The notes beneath the pieces were generated by a model. The model was not told where the DNA came from. It saw only the letters and a program-made list of their open reading frames with translations, and searched no databases. Below are positions 44,208-52,664 of a DNA stretch of 58,307 bases, piece after piece (the stretch's first letter is position 1; each line of letters starts with the position of its first letter). This DNA comes from Candidatus Aenigmatarchaeota archaeon (lineage in GTDB: Archaea > Aenigmatarchaeota > Aenigmatarchaeia > Aenigmatarchaeales > JAHLMS01). The translations under genes were made by a program, and so were the position numbers. Where the stretch lies: contig JAHLMS010000002.1 in the NCBI GenBank assembly GCA_018920245.1, forward strand, positions 1-58,307. The letters run 5' to 3'.

Positions 44208-46532
44208 ATGAAAAACGTACCCATTACTCAAGCTGTGAAAGATGTTGAGGATTTCTATTCTACTGATAAGAAAAATTTGCGTTTCTGGCTCGCCAAGCTC
44301 GAAAAATACAGCCGCGACCGCGTCGTTGCCGCGTGCGTGGCGGCCGGCGCCAAAAAAGACGTTGCTGAGATGATAGCCGACGAAATTGACGGCTATGTTG
44401 ACAACCGCGTGAAGATGTCAGATGTCAGACCACTCATATTTGCATTGCTACAGAGGTATGACCAGAACGCAGCAAGGCGGTTCAAGGGCAGTGAAATATA
44501 TGTTCGCACGTCAGTGCAGACGTTTGAACGATTTGACCGTTCCAAGATATCGAAGTCGCTGGTGCGCGAGGCTGAAATAGACGAAAATATGGCAGAACAG
44601 ATAGCATTTGAGGTAGAGCATTTCATACGCACAGCCAACCTCGACTATGTGAGCTCTTCACTGATACGAGAGATAACGAACGTCAAGCTGCTACAGCACG
44701 GCCTCGAAGAGGCGCGAAAGCTATACACAAGGGTCGGAATGCCTGTCTGGGATGTTACGCAACTGATAGAGGTTGGTATAAAGGAAAATGCGAATCTTCA
44801 GTACAATCCTGAAACCATACACAAAGTGCTTGCCGACGAGATGATACGCGAATATACGCTGTTGAAGTTCCTACCTAGGGAGCTTTCAGATGCACACCTC
44901 CGCGGGCTCATACACATCCATGACTTGGATTATTTCTGCACACGGCCGTTCTGTTTTTCACATGATCTACGTTTCTTCCTGAAGCGAGGCTACGTCGCCG
45001 ACGGTGAAGGGCTGCACACTGCTGCTGCCGGACCGGCGAAGAAGGCTGAAGTCGCTTTCCTACACTCTGTAAAGGTATTGGCGAGTGCGCAGGTAAACTG
45101 TGCTGGCGGTCAGGGCTACAATTGGTACAACATTATATTGGCGCCTTATGTGCGCGGGCTTGACTACAAAAGAATCAAACAACTGTGTCAGATGACATGC
45201 TTCGAGCTTTCCCAGATGTTCATAGCGCGCGGCGGACAGACAATATTCTCTTCAATAGATCTGGAACCAGACGTACCAAAGGTTCTTCTTGACATCCCTG
45301 CTGTTCAGCCCGGAGGCATCGTGCAGGATAGTGTAACTTATGCCGATTACCAGGAAGAGGCACTACAGCTCTTCCGGGCGTTCACAGAAACATTTGCGGG
45401 TGGAGACTATTATGGCAAGCCGTTTAACTTCCCAAAATTCGAGGTAAAGATATCGAACGACTTGATAAAGCACTATCCTGAGGAGTACAGGGCTGTCGCT
45501 GAGGTCGCTGCCAAGTTTGGCTCTCCCTACTATTTCGTGCAGCAGCCGTGGATGCCAGAGTTCAGCTGCTACCAGTGCTGCGCATATATGATGCCACTGT
45601 CGGAGCAGAATGACCAGAATGACCTCATAAACGGCACTGTTAGAGGTGGTGCACTACAGGTCGTTACGATAAATCTTCCGCGCATCGCATATGAAGCGAC
45701 GGACGAGGCGAGGATGTTCGATATACTACAAGAAAGGATAAATCTTGCAAAGCGCGTGCTGATGATAAAACAGAACCTCATACACAGAAGACTCAAGGGT
45801 GGCATGCTGCCATTCCTTGCACAGGCCGTGGATGATAAAGGGACTCCTTATCTGGATGTTGATAAGCAAGCACTCGAGATAGGCTTTGTCGGTCTGAACG
45901 AATTCCTCAAGGCATACACGGGCAAGGAGCTGCATGAGGACAAGGACGCATGGACGCTCGGCCTGAAGGTCATGCAGAGGATGAGAAAAATGATTGACGA
46001 GCTATCCAGAGAGACTGGAATGAAATTCACGCTCTCAAGGACGCCGGCCGAGAGCTGTGCACACAGGCTTGCCAAAATAGATGTCAAGGAGTTCAATGGC
46101 AAGGCAATCGTCCAGGGCAGCATGCAGGACAAGTCAGTCTATTATACAAACTCGTTCCATGTGAGGCCGAATGCTGACATTCCGTTGCTCCAGCGCATGC
46201 AAATAGAGGCCGCATTCCATCCGATAGTTGTTGGTGGCGCGATGTCACATATTTGGCTGGGCGAGGCGCAGCCGAACGCTGAGGCGTTAAATACTTTCAC
46301 ACAGTCCATCGTCAAAAAGACGCTGATGGCATACTTCTCCTATACGAAGGACCTTACTATTTGTCGCAAATGTCAGAACACAGCCGGTGGCGTACTGCAA
46401 GCATGCCCGAGATGTGGAGCAACCGACATAGATTGGTGGTCACGCATAACAGGTTACTACAGCCCTGTTAAGGCGGGTTGGAACGCCGGCAAGCGTCAGG
46501 AGTTCATTGATAGAAGGAGATATGTGGTGTGA
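44208..46532 (+). CDS. nrdD: anaerobic ribonucleoside-triphosphate reductase (class III, NrdD)
   Basis: An N-terminal ATP-cone-like region. The C-terminal Zn ribbon is CRKCQ...CPRCG, followed by the glycyl-radical motif SRITGYYS. Confidence 0.93.
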   Translation: MKNVPITQAVKDVEDFYSTDKKNLRFWLAKLEKYSRDRVVAACVAAGAKKDVAEMIADEIDGYVDNRVKMSDVRPLIFALLQRYDQNAARRFKGSEIYVRTSVQTFERFDRSKISKSLVREAEIDENMAEQIAFEVEHFIRTANLDYVSSSLIREITNVKLLQHGLEEARKLYTRVGMPVWDVTQLIEVGIKENANLQYNPETIHKVLADEMIREYTLLKFLPRELSDAHLRGLIHIHDLDYFCTRPFCFSHDLRFFLKRGYVADGEGLHTAAAGPAKKAEVAFLHSVKVLASAQVNCAGGQGYNWYNIILAPYVRGLDYKRIKQLCQMTCFELSQMFIARGGQTIFSSIDLEPDVPKVLLDIPAVQPGGIVQDSVTYADYQEEALQLFRAFTETFAGGDYYGKPFNFPKFEVKISNDLIKHYPEEYRAVAEVAAKFGSPYYFVQQPWMPEFSCYQCCAYMMPLSEQNDQNDLINGTVRGGALQVVTINLPRIAYEATDEARMFDILQERINLAKRVLMIKQNLIHRRLKGGMLPFLAQAVDDKGTPYLDVDKQALEIGFVGLNEFLKAYTGKELHEDKDAWTLGLKVMQRMRKMIDELSRETGMKFTLSRTPAESCAHRLAKIDVKEFNGKAIVQGSMQDKSVYYTNSFHVRPNADIPLLQRMQIEAAFHPIVVGGAMSHIWLGEAQPNAEALNTFTQSIVKKTLMAYFSYTKDLTICRKCQNTAGGVLQACPRCGATDIDWWSRITGYYSPVKAGWNAGKRQEFIDRRRYVV

Positions 46533-46534
46533 GC

Positions 46535-46780
46535 ATGACAAAGATAACGATATTCACAGGCAAGACATGTCCTAAGTGTCCGGCAGCGAAGGCTGTGGTA
46601 GAAGAGGTCGCAAAGGAAATCGGCTGCGAGATTGAAGTGCTAGATATAGAAGAGAATATGATAATGGCGCTTCAAAACCAAATAGCTTCTGTGCCGGCGA
46701 TAATGATCGATGACGAAGTTGTTTCCATCGGTGAGGTGCCTAGCAGAGAAGCGCTACTCCAAGCAATAAAGAAGGCATAG
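46535..46780 (+). CDS. glutaredoxin/NrdH-like redox protein (CPKC)
   Basis: 81 aa. Contains TGKTCPKCPAAKAVV and VPAIMI. It lies between nrdD and nrdG. Confidence 0.75.
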   Translation: MTKITIFTGKTCPKCPAAKAVVEEVAKEIGCEIEVLDIEENMIMALQNQIASVPAIMIDDEVVSIGEVPSREALLQAIKKA

Positions 46781-47518
46781 GTGGTTTCTATCGAACTACG
46801 CGTAGGTAGCATCCTAGACCTATCGACCGTGGACTGGCCTGGCAGGCCAGCGGCCGTGCTGTTTCTTTCCGGATGCAATTTTCGTTGCCCGTTCTGTTTC
46901 AATGGTAGCCTTGCAACTGGGAAGGTTGGTAAGAGTATGAGTGTAGATGAAATAGTCGGCATACTGAAAAAAATGAAATCCATGGTAAGTTCTGTTGTAA
47001 TAACAGGCGGGGAGCCGACTGTGCAGAACATACTGCCGCTGTGCAAGAGGTTGAAGGCTGAGGGTTTCGCAGTCAAGCTCGACACAAACGGGAGCAGGCC
47101 TGAGCTTGTGGAACAATTGATAAACGAGCGCCTAGTCGATTTTGTCGCGCTCGATGTGAAGGCTCCGCTTGAGGTTGCCGCATATTCGCGGGCTACCGGC
47201 ATCGAATGTGAAAAACATATTGAAAATGTGAAGCGAACGCTCGCGCTGCTGATAAAATCAGGTATTGAGTATGAGTGCCGCTCACCAATAGTTCCGAGCA
47301 TAAACGCTGATGAACAATCGCTCAGGAAACACGCCGAATGTGTTCAGGACGCCAACGTCTTCGTGCTTGAACAGTTCTGGCCGGAAAGCGGCACGCTCAA
47401 TCCAGCGTTGAACAAAATTAAAGGGCTGAACAGGAAAGAGATGCTTGCCGCTGCAAAATTTTTCAAGAACCCTGTTGTGAAAATCAGAACGCGCGAAGCT
47501 GGCGAAGAGATTATTTAG
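46781..47518 (+). CDS. nrdG: anaerobic RNR activating enzyme (radical SAM, NrdG)
   Basis: CNFRCPFCFN is the CxxxCxxC cluster. Also contains VVITGGEPT. GTG start. Confidence 0.88.
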   Translation: MVSIELRVGSILDLSTVDWPGRPAAVLFLSGCNFRCPFCFNGSLATGKVGKSMSVDEIVGILKKMKSMVSSVVITGGEPTVQNILPLCKRLKAEGFAVKLDTNGSRPELVEQLINERLVDFVALDVKAPLEVAAYSRATGIECEKHIENVKRTLALLIKSGIEYECRSPIVPSINADEQSLRKHAECVQDANVFVLEQFWPESGTLNPALNKIKGLNRKEMLAAAKFFKNPVVKIRTREAGEEII

Positions 47519-48383
47519 TAAGTATCCTTTCTGCTTCATTGACAAGTTCCTTTACCCTGCGCAACGGCAGCTGCGTCTTGTCTGCAATTTCTTCAGGCGT
47601 CCTCCTTATCAGGTCTTTTGTCAGCATCATACCTGCTGCTGAAAATTTTGCCAGCGTTGGTGGGTCGAGCGTACGCAGTGATGTTATAGGATATAGGCCC
47701 TTGGCCTCAAGCATGTCTTGAAGACTGTTGCCTGCTGGATAGTTCCAACCAAGCATCTTGATGTTCTTGCAGTTTGCGTACTGTATTGCATCCGTCGAGA
47801 ACTTAGTGTTCGTCGCGAGCCATGCCTGGTCAAACTGCTGACACTTGCCAGTGCGCCAGCCATCCTGAAGGTCCAAAAATCGCGCGTATGTATAGAGCGT
47901 CTCCTTCAGGCCCGTGTATATTCCGGTTGCGTGATGATACTTGCATTCTATCATGTAATATTTCAGCTGGGACTCGAGCTCTGGCCCTTTCTTGAAAGGT
48001 TTGGTAGCGATGACGTCTATCTCATGCATGACGCACGCACCCTGCACCATGCTGTGCACGCGGGTCGCATAGCCATGTTCCTTTAGTACTTCTGCTACAA
48101 GTGCTTCGAAAGCGAAGCCTGCCGGACCGAGCCGCATTATCGCACCCTTCAAGTCGTAACGCGCAGCAACATGTGGATGCTCAACCTCCAGCATCTTCAG
48201 AGTCATTTCAAGAATTTCCCGCGTGCTTATGCCGGGATAGAACCTTTCAGTGATTTTCTGCACAATTGTTTCCGCCAAATCCGCTGGCGCGCCTGCGCGC
48301 AGGCATGTCTTCCGTATCTTGTCCGGATCGAACGGCGCGGTCTCGCCAGAAGCCTTAATAACATACATCTTGTTGCTTGGCAT
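47511..48383 (-). CDS. ATP-cone domain protein fused to an Mrr-like (PD-(D/E)XK) restriction-endonuclease fold and a C-terminal helix-hairpin-helix-like tail
   Basis: The ATP-cone is YVIKASGETAPFDPDKIRKTCLRAG. The nuclease-fold motifs are GFAFEALVAEVLKEHGY...HEIDVIAT...YMIECKYH. Confidence 0.7.
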   Translation of the reverse strand: MPSNKMYVIKASGETAPFDPDKIRKTCLRAGAPADLAETIVQKITERFYPGISTREILEMTLKMLEVEHPHVAARYDLKGAIMRLGPAGFAFEALVAEVLKEHGYATRVHSMVQGACVMHEIDVIATKPFKKGPELESQLKYYMIECKYHHATGIYTGLKETLYTYARFLDLQDGWRTGKCQQFDQAWLATNTKFSTDAIQYANCKNIKMLGWNYPAGNSLQDMLEAKGLYPITSLRTLDPPTLAKFSAAGMMLTKDLIRRTPEEIADKTQLPLRRVKELVNEAERILTK

Positions 48384-48420
48384 GAAGAAAATTGTTCAAC
48401 TTGATTAAAAAGAGTATCGT

Positions 48421-48759
48421 TCAGCATGTGACATGGATGACTGCCACTGCCTTGCGACGGCGCACATGTTTGTTGAATTCGATTATGGCTTGGGGTGTGA
48501 GCTTCGCTATGAGTTCGACGCCGTGCATGCGTGCAGCGACCTCGGCGTCCGGCTCAATCTTGACATTGCCTGCGGTGCCAGTTCCGACTATTATAACTTC
48601 CGGGTCTCGCATCATAAGGTCGTTCAGGTCAGCTTTTGTAAACGAATGGCTGCCCGGTTTCGGTTTGATATCGCCTGTCCAGTCCAGAATAACATCGCTT
48701 TCGAACTTTCTGCCGTCTATGATTATCGCACCGAAGTATGAATTGTCTATCTTTGGCAT
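48421..48759 (-). CDS. Mth938-like (DUF498) domain protein
   Basis: MPKIDNSYFGAIIIDGRKFESDVIL...PEVIIVGTGTAG...AVIHVTC matches the Mth938 pattern. The track's longer N-terminus (to 48873) overlaps tRNA-Gln. Confidence 0.75.
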   Translation of the reverse strand: MPKIDNSYFGAIIIDGRKFESDVILDWTGDIKPKPGSHSFTKADLNDLMMRDPEVIIVGTGTAGNVKIEPDAEVAARMHGVELIAKLTPQAIIEFNKHVRRRKAVAVIHVTC

Positions 48760-48802
48760 ATAAACCAGTCGATTATTTGACATACAAATATAAAAATATG
48801 TT

Positions 48803-48897
48803 TGGTAGCCCCGGGAGGATTCGAACCTCCGTCTAGAGGTTTCCCTTTTGATAATTGCTCCAGAGCCTCTCATGCTTGGCCACTACACCACGGGGCT
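48803..48897 (-). tRNA. tRNA-Gln(CUG) with a 19-nt canonical intron and an encoded CCA
   Basis: AGCCCCG-TG-GTGT-AGTGGCCAA-GCAT-G-AGAGG-CTCTGG[48841-48859]A-CCTCT-AGAC-GGAGG-TTCGAAT-CCTCC-CGGGGCT-A-CCA. The central BHB helix is CTCT/AGGG. Confidence 0.9.
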
Positions 48898-48920
48898 GAA
48901 GCTAGATAGGTTCGGAGAGT

Positions 48921-48930
48921 ATTTATAAAA
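48921..48930 (-). promoter_or_regulatory. TATA box for tRNA-Gln
   Basis: The minus strand reads ttttataaat, 24-33 nt upstream of the tRNA 5' end at 48897. Confidence 0.45.
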
Positions 48931-48934
48931 TGTT

Positions 48935-49471
48935 CTAAGCTACCACTTGCTGGCTGATGCGAAGCGCTACTTCTCTGCCCATGAGTTGTTCGACGATTTT
49001 CAGCGCGAACGCCACTGCAGTTCCAGGCCCCTGGCTGGTCACGATGTTGCCATCCACAACCACGCGGTCCGTCCTGGGTCTTTCAAATCCGCGCTCCATG
49101 CCAGGATATGCAGTCGCCTTCTTGTCCTTCAGCACACCGAGCTTGTTCAGCATTGCCGGCGCAGCGCATATAGCTGCAATAAACTTGCCTGCCTTCGCAT
49201 AGTCCTGCAACGCCCTTGTTAGCGACGGCGTTTTCTCCAACGTAGCAACAGCGGCGGAACCGCCAGGCAAGACAATTCCGTCGAACTTGCTCAGGTCCTC
49301 ATCGAGCAGACGCGTGTCTGTGTGAACACGCACCTTCGAAAGTGACGTCACTATGTTGCCGGGCAAGCCTGCTATCACTACGTTTATCCCTGCCCTGCGC
49401 AGAATGTCCACTACTGCCATAGCTTCAATATCCTCGAAACCGTCGGCGAGCGGCATCAAAATCTTTGGCAT
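48935..49471 (-). CDS. DJ-1/PfpI-family protein (YajL/ThiJ-like)
   Basis: ADGFEDIEA, LPGG, and the nucleophile-elbow Cys in AAICAAP. Confidence 0.85.
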   Translation of the reverse strand: MPKILMPLADGFEDIEAMAVVDILRRAGINVVIAGLPGNIVTSLSKVRVHTDTRLLDEDLSKFDGIVLPGGSAAVATLEKTPSLTRALQDYAKAGKFIAAICAAPAMLNKLGVLKDKKATAYPGMERGFERPRTDRVVVDGNIVTSQGPGTAVAFALKIVEQLMGREVALRISQQVVA

Positions 49472-49525
49472 TTGTATCTACCTCCAAACGAATATGCTAT
49501 CAGTTTGAATTGGTAATTAATAAAT

Positions 49526-50044
49526 TCAATGCCTCAGCGCGTTGAGGATTGCAACTGCAAACTCTGCCGCATGTGCAGTGCTCTGGGCTGTTATTATATT
49601 GCCGTCCACCTCGACAGGTGCACCTGTGTAGAGACCGAAGGCATTGATATCGTCACGCTCAGTGGGCCTGGCTGTCGCGCGCCTGCCGCGCAGGATATGC
49701 GCAGCTGCTAGTATAGGCGGGGCCAGCTCTATTGCAGCAACAGGTTTTCCTGCCGCAAAGAACTCGTGCACGAGCTGCAGTGCTCTGCGATTGTGCCTGT
49801 AAACAGACGAGCCTGCGCCGCCTATGAAAATTATGGCATCGAAATCTCGGCTCTCGACATGGTAAAAGCTTGAATGTGGGGTCACTATATTGCCCTGCTC
49901 ACCCTTTGCTGCCTGACCTGTGCTGTTTACCACAGTGAGTTGAAGGCCTGCTTTGGACAATGTGCTGCTTATGATAGCCAGTTGGCGGTCGTTGAAATCA
50001 TATGGCGCAATGACAATAAGCACACGCTTGCCCTCAAGTGGCAT
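49526..50044 (-). CDS. DJ-1/PfpI-fold paralog lacking the nucleophile Cys
   Basis: MPLEGKRVLIVIAPYDFND...IFIGGAG...VAAIELAPPIL, with Glu-Leu where Cys-His/Ala is expected. The start is moved to 50044 because the track's extension to 50338 collides with the plus-strand ORF at 50208. Confidence 0.65.
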   Translation of the reverse strand: MPLEGKRVLIVIAPYDFNDRQLAIISSTLSKAGLQLTVVNSTGQAAKGEQGNIVTPHSSFYHVESRDFDAIIFIGGAGSSVYRHNRRALQLVHEFFAAGKPVAAIELAPPILAAAHILRGRRATARPTERDDINAFGLYTGAPVEVDGNIITAQSTAHAAEFAVAILNALRH

Positions 50045-50207
50045 CAGAAAACACCTCCGGTGTTTTCGGGATGTACAAAACCATGGGTTTTGTCCATGCA
50101 GTTTAGTTGTGGTCCAAGCTGAAAAAGATGTTGGTTTGAGATAATTATTTATGTGCTTCCAAAAGCTTTTTAAGCTTCGCTGACAAGGCTTTGCAAGGTG
50201 ATGTACA

Positions 50208-50645
50208 ATGCCTGTAGTAGGAATGATACTAAAGAACATAACAGCGACAAAGTCCGAGGACGTGACAGGAAACATTAAGGTCAACAATGGCACAAACATA
50301 AAAGAGGTTAAGGAGACGGACTTGACTGTGCTCGGCAAGAAGGGCCTTGCAGTGACATTCGAGTTCAGGACAAGCTATGAAACGGACAGATCCAAGAAGC
50401 CGTTCGCTGAGATTCTGTTCAGTGGGGACGTGCTGCTTATAGAGGAGAACCACAAGGAACTGTTGGATGGTTGGAAGAAAAACAGGAAGCTGCCAGACAA
50501 GATGAATATAGCGATAATCAACTCTGTTCTGCGCAAGTGCCTAACTGAGGGCTTGGTGTTGAGTGAGAAACTCAATTTGCCGCCGCCGATGGTTATGCCA
50601 TTCGCGACCGAGAAGCAGCCAGAAGAGAGTAGGTATATCGGGTAA
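50208..50645 (+). CDS. hypothetical protein
   Basis: 145 aa of non-repetitive, balanced composition. No motif recognised. Confidence 0.45.
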   Translation: MPVVGMILKNITATKSEDVTGNIKVNNGTNIKEVKETDLTVLGKKGLAVTFEFRTSYETDRSKKPFAEILFSGDVLLIEENHKELLDGWKKNRKLPDKMNIAIINSVLRKCLTEGLVLSEKLNLPPPMVMPFATEKQPEESRYIG

Positions 50646-50699
50646 ACCTTCTCAACGCCGACAGATAGCCTTATTAGAAATCTAAATGTATTTTATGAT

Positions 50700-51359
50700 A
50701 TGCTCGACTTCAACAAGCTCATAGAGAAACATCTCACAACAGAATGGAAGCCCAAGGACATCGGCCGCTATTATCCTTCAGAGATTGGCGGCTGCCTACG
50801 GAAGGTCTACTATTCATACATCGACCCGAAGCCTGTTAAAATGGACCTCACCAAAATATTTGAAGTTGGAAATATCCTCCACGACTTCATTGCCGAGGTG
50901 TTGCGCAGCGAAAAGAATCCGGAGGTTGAGCTCATTGATTCTGAGCTGCCGTTCAAGCTTCAGCTTAAAGACTTCATAATATCAGGTCGTGTTGATGATC
51001 TTCTGCTGATAAGGACATCAGGCAAGGAGGCGCTGGTCGAGGTCAAGTCCGTACAGTTTCTCAAGTATATTGATAGTCCACAATCGCCCCATTTAATGCA
51101 AATTCAGCTGTACATGCATGCGTTAGGCATACGCGAAGGCTACCTGCTATACATCGAGAAGGCGACGCTCGATACGAAGGCTTTCCATGTGAAGTACGAC
51201 GCCGAAGAGGCGATGAAGGCGATTGACAGATTTAAGATGCTGCACAAGTTCTTGAAGGAGAAGAAATTGCCGGAGCCCGAAGCCCGCACTTCGCGCAAGG
51301 CAGAGATAGCTTGGATGTGTGATAAATGCGATTGGCGGGAGGAATGCTTTAAACGATAG
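50700..51359 (+). CDS. Cas4/RecB-like PD-(D/E)XK exonuclease with a 4-Cys cluster (stand-alone)
   Basis: An N-terminal Cys (GGCLRKVYY), the nuclease core GRVDDLLL...ALVEVKS, and C-terminal CDKCDWREEC (Cx2Cx5C). This is the DUF83/Cas4 architecture. No CRISPR array or other cas gene is in the window. Confidence 0.75.
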   Translation: MLDFNKLIEKHLTTEWKPKDIGRYYPSEIGGCLRKVYYSYIDPKPVKMDLTKIFEVGNILHDFIAEVLRSEKNPEVELIDSELPFKLQLKDFIISGRVDDLLLIRTSGKEALVEVKSVQFLKYIDSPQSPHLMQIQLYMHALGIREGYLLYIEKATLDTKAFHVKYDAEEAMKAIDRFKMLHKFLKEKKLPEPEARTSRKAEIAWMCDKCDWREECFKR

Positions 51360-51653
51360 AAAAAGAAGATGAGTGTATAGAATACTTTTTCTCTACACAA
51401 TCTATTTTCCTTCACGTTTTTTCACGAACTCTCACTTTTGGCGTGTGGGTCCGGCCTACAGCCTGTCAAAATCATATATTCTATACACTATATTTTATTG
51501 AATATATTTAGTAAAAGATATACAATAATAGATATCTTTACTAACATTCTTTACAATAGATATATCTACAAATATGCTTCACAAGCTCTTCTCTCAAACA
51601 TATAAATCATGCTATACGCAATTTTGCCATTTTTCAGTGAAAACTTATCAATT

Positions 51654-52052
51654 CTACTTCTTTACAAGCTCTTTGACAGTGTTTCTGTAGGCATTAGCCA
51701 TCCTAGTAAGGGCGGAACTAAAGTCTGTAGACAGCTCGTACTCACCAAACTCACTTCGGCGAAGGATACCAAGGCTTATCATATCATGGATCACGTTGTA
51801 GAACTGACCGCGGCTAAAGGCGCTATTGTTGGCGATGGCTGAGAGTTCTTTATCAGTCAGTAGATGAGTCTTTTGTTCCTGAAAGGCTTTTAAGATAGCA
51901 GCTGCAGCTGCTGAGGCCTTATTCAGCCCTTTGGGGGACCGGCCAAAAACAACAGCGGCGAGCTCCTCAAAAGATAAATCAGAGGGTATGGCATTGGCAG
52001 AAAACAGTATTCTGGTGCTCTTGATACGCCTCTGCTTGAAGGCTTGGGGCAT
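51654..52052 (-). CDS. hypothetical protein with a probable C-terminal winged-helix
   Basis: 132 aa. The segment LSAIANNSAFSRGQFYNVIHDMISLGILRRSEFGEYEL resembles a wHTH. Confidence 0.45.
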   Translation of the reverse strand: MPQAFKQRRIKSTRILFSANAIPSDLSFEELAAVVFGRSPKGLNKASAAAAAILKAFQEQKTHLLTDKELSAIANNSAFSRGQFYNVIHDMISLGILRRSEFGEYELSTDFSSALTRMANAYRNTVKELVKK

Positions 52053-52307
52053 ATAGTATACAACAACTGACTAAAATATAAAAATATCGGAATTTCCTAA
52101 GAAAAGGCATCCGGCAAATACACTTTCATCAAATGGGGCCCATTCTATGTGCTATAGGCCATATAGTCATTTTTCAGTAAAATATGTAAGTCAGTGGCAA
52201 TCCCTGGTTGTCTACAAAAACTGACTATAAAGGTTTACGATAAATGCCCAATTCTGTCAAATGCGGTATGAAAAAGTATCAATCAGATAGGCCACTTCAG
52301 GTAACTT

Positions 52308-52664
52308 TTACTTACTCCTCGTTAGCTTGAGCTCCTTCTCACTTGGTACTTCCTTGATATTGTTGCTTATCCTGCTGAATTTCCTGCGCAGACCCTCGAA
52401 GTCGTGAGCGATCTCTTCGCCATCCGAGGTCAGTTTTATAATCTTTACCCTACCCTTTTTATCGAACGTGACTAAACCGAGCCGCTTGAATAGATCCAAG
52501 ACCTTCACGGTGTGAGAATAAGTGCAGTCAACCGCCTTGGAGACCTGTGTGGCGTAGCGAACGCTGTCTGAACGCAGCACTAAAAGCATCTTTACGGGTT
52601 TTGAGTGCAAAAACAGGTTGTCGAATGCGTTCTTTATAGCCTCTCTCTGCTTCATAACTCTCAC
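52308..52664 (-). CDS. winged-helix transcriptional regulator (ArsR/MarR-like)
   Basis: VKMLLVLRSDSVRYATQVSKAVDCTYSHTVKVLDLFKRLGLVTFDKKGRVKIIKLT is a typical wHTH plus wing. Confidence 0.6.
   Translation of the reverse strand: MRVMKQREAIKNAFDNLFLHSKPVKMLLVLRSDSVRYATQVSKAVDCTYSHTVKVLDLFKRLGLVTFDKKGRVKIIKLTSDGEEIAHDFEGLRRKFSRISNNIKEVPSEKELKLTRSK

Noticed and set aside
48760-48873. N-terminal extension of the Mth938-like ORF
   Set aside because: It overlaps tRNA-Gln (48803-48897). The family normally starts at the MxxIxxxxFG motif, found at the Met at 48759.
50045-50338. Upstream 98 codons of the 270-aa ORF (DJ-1-like paralog)
   Set aside because: This is hydrophobic, low-complexity sequence that overlaps the plus-strand ORF at 50208. 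The DJ-1 fold begins at MPLEGKRVLIV (50044).
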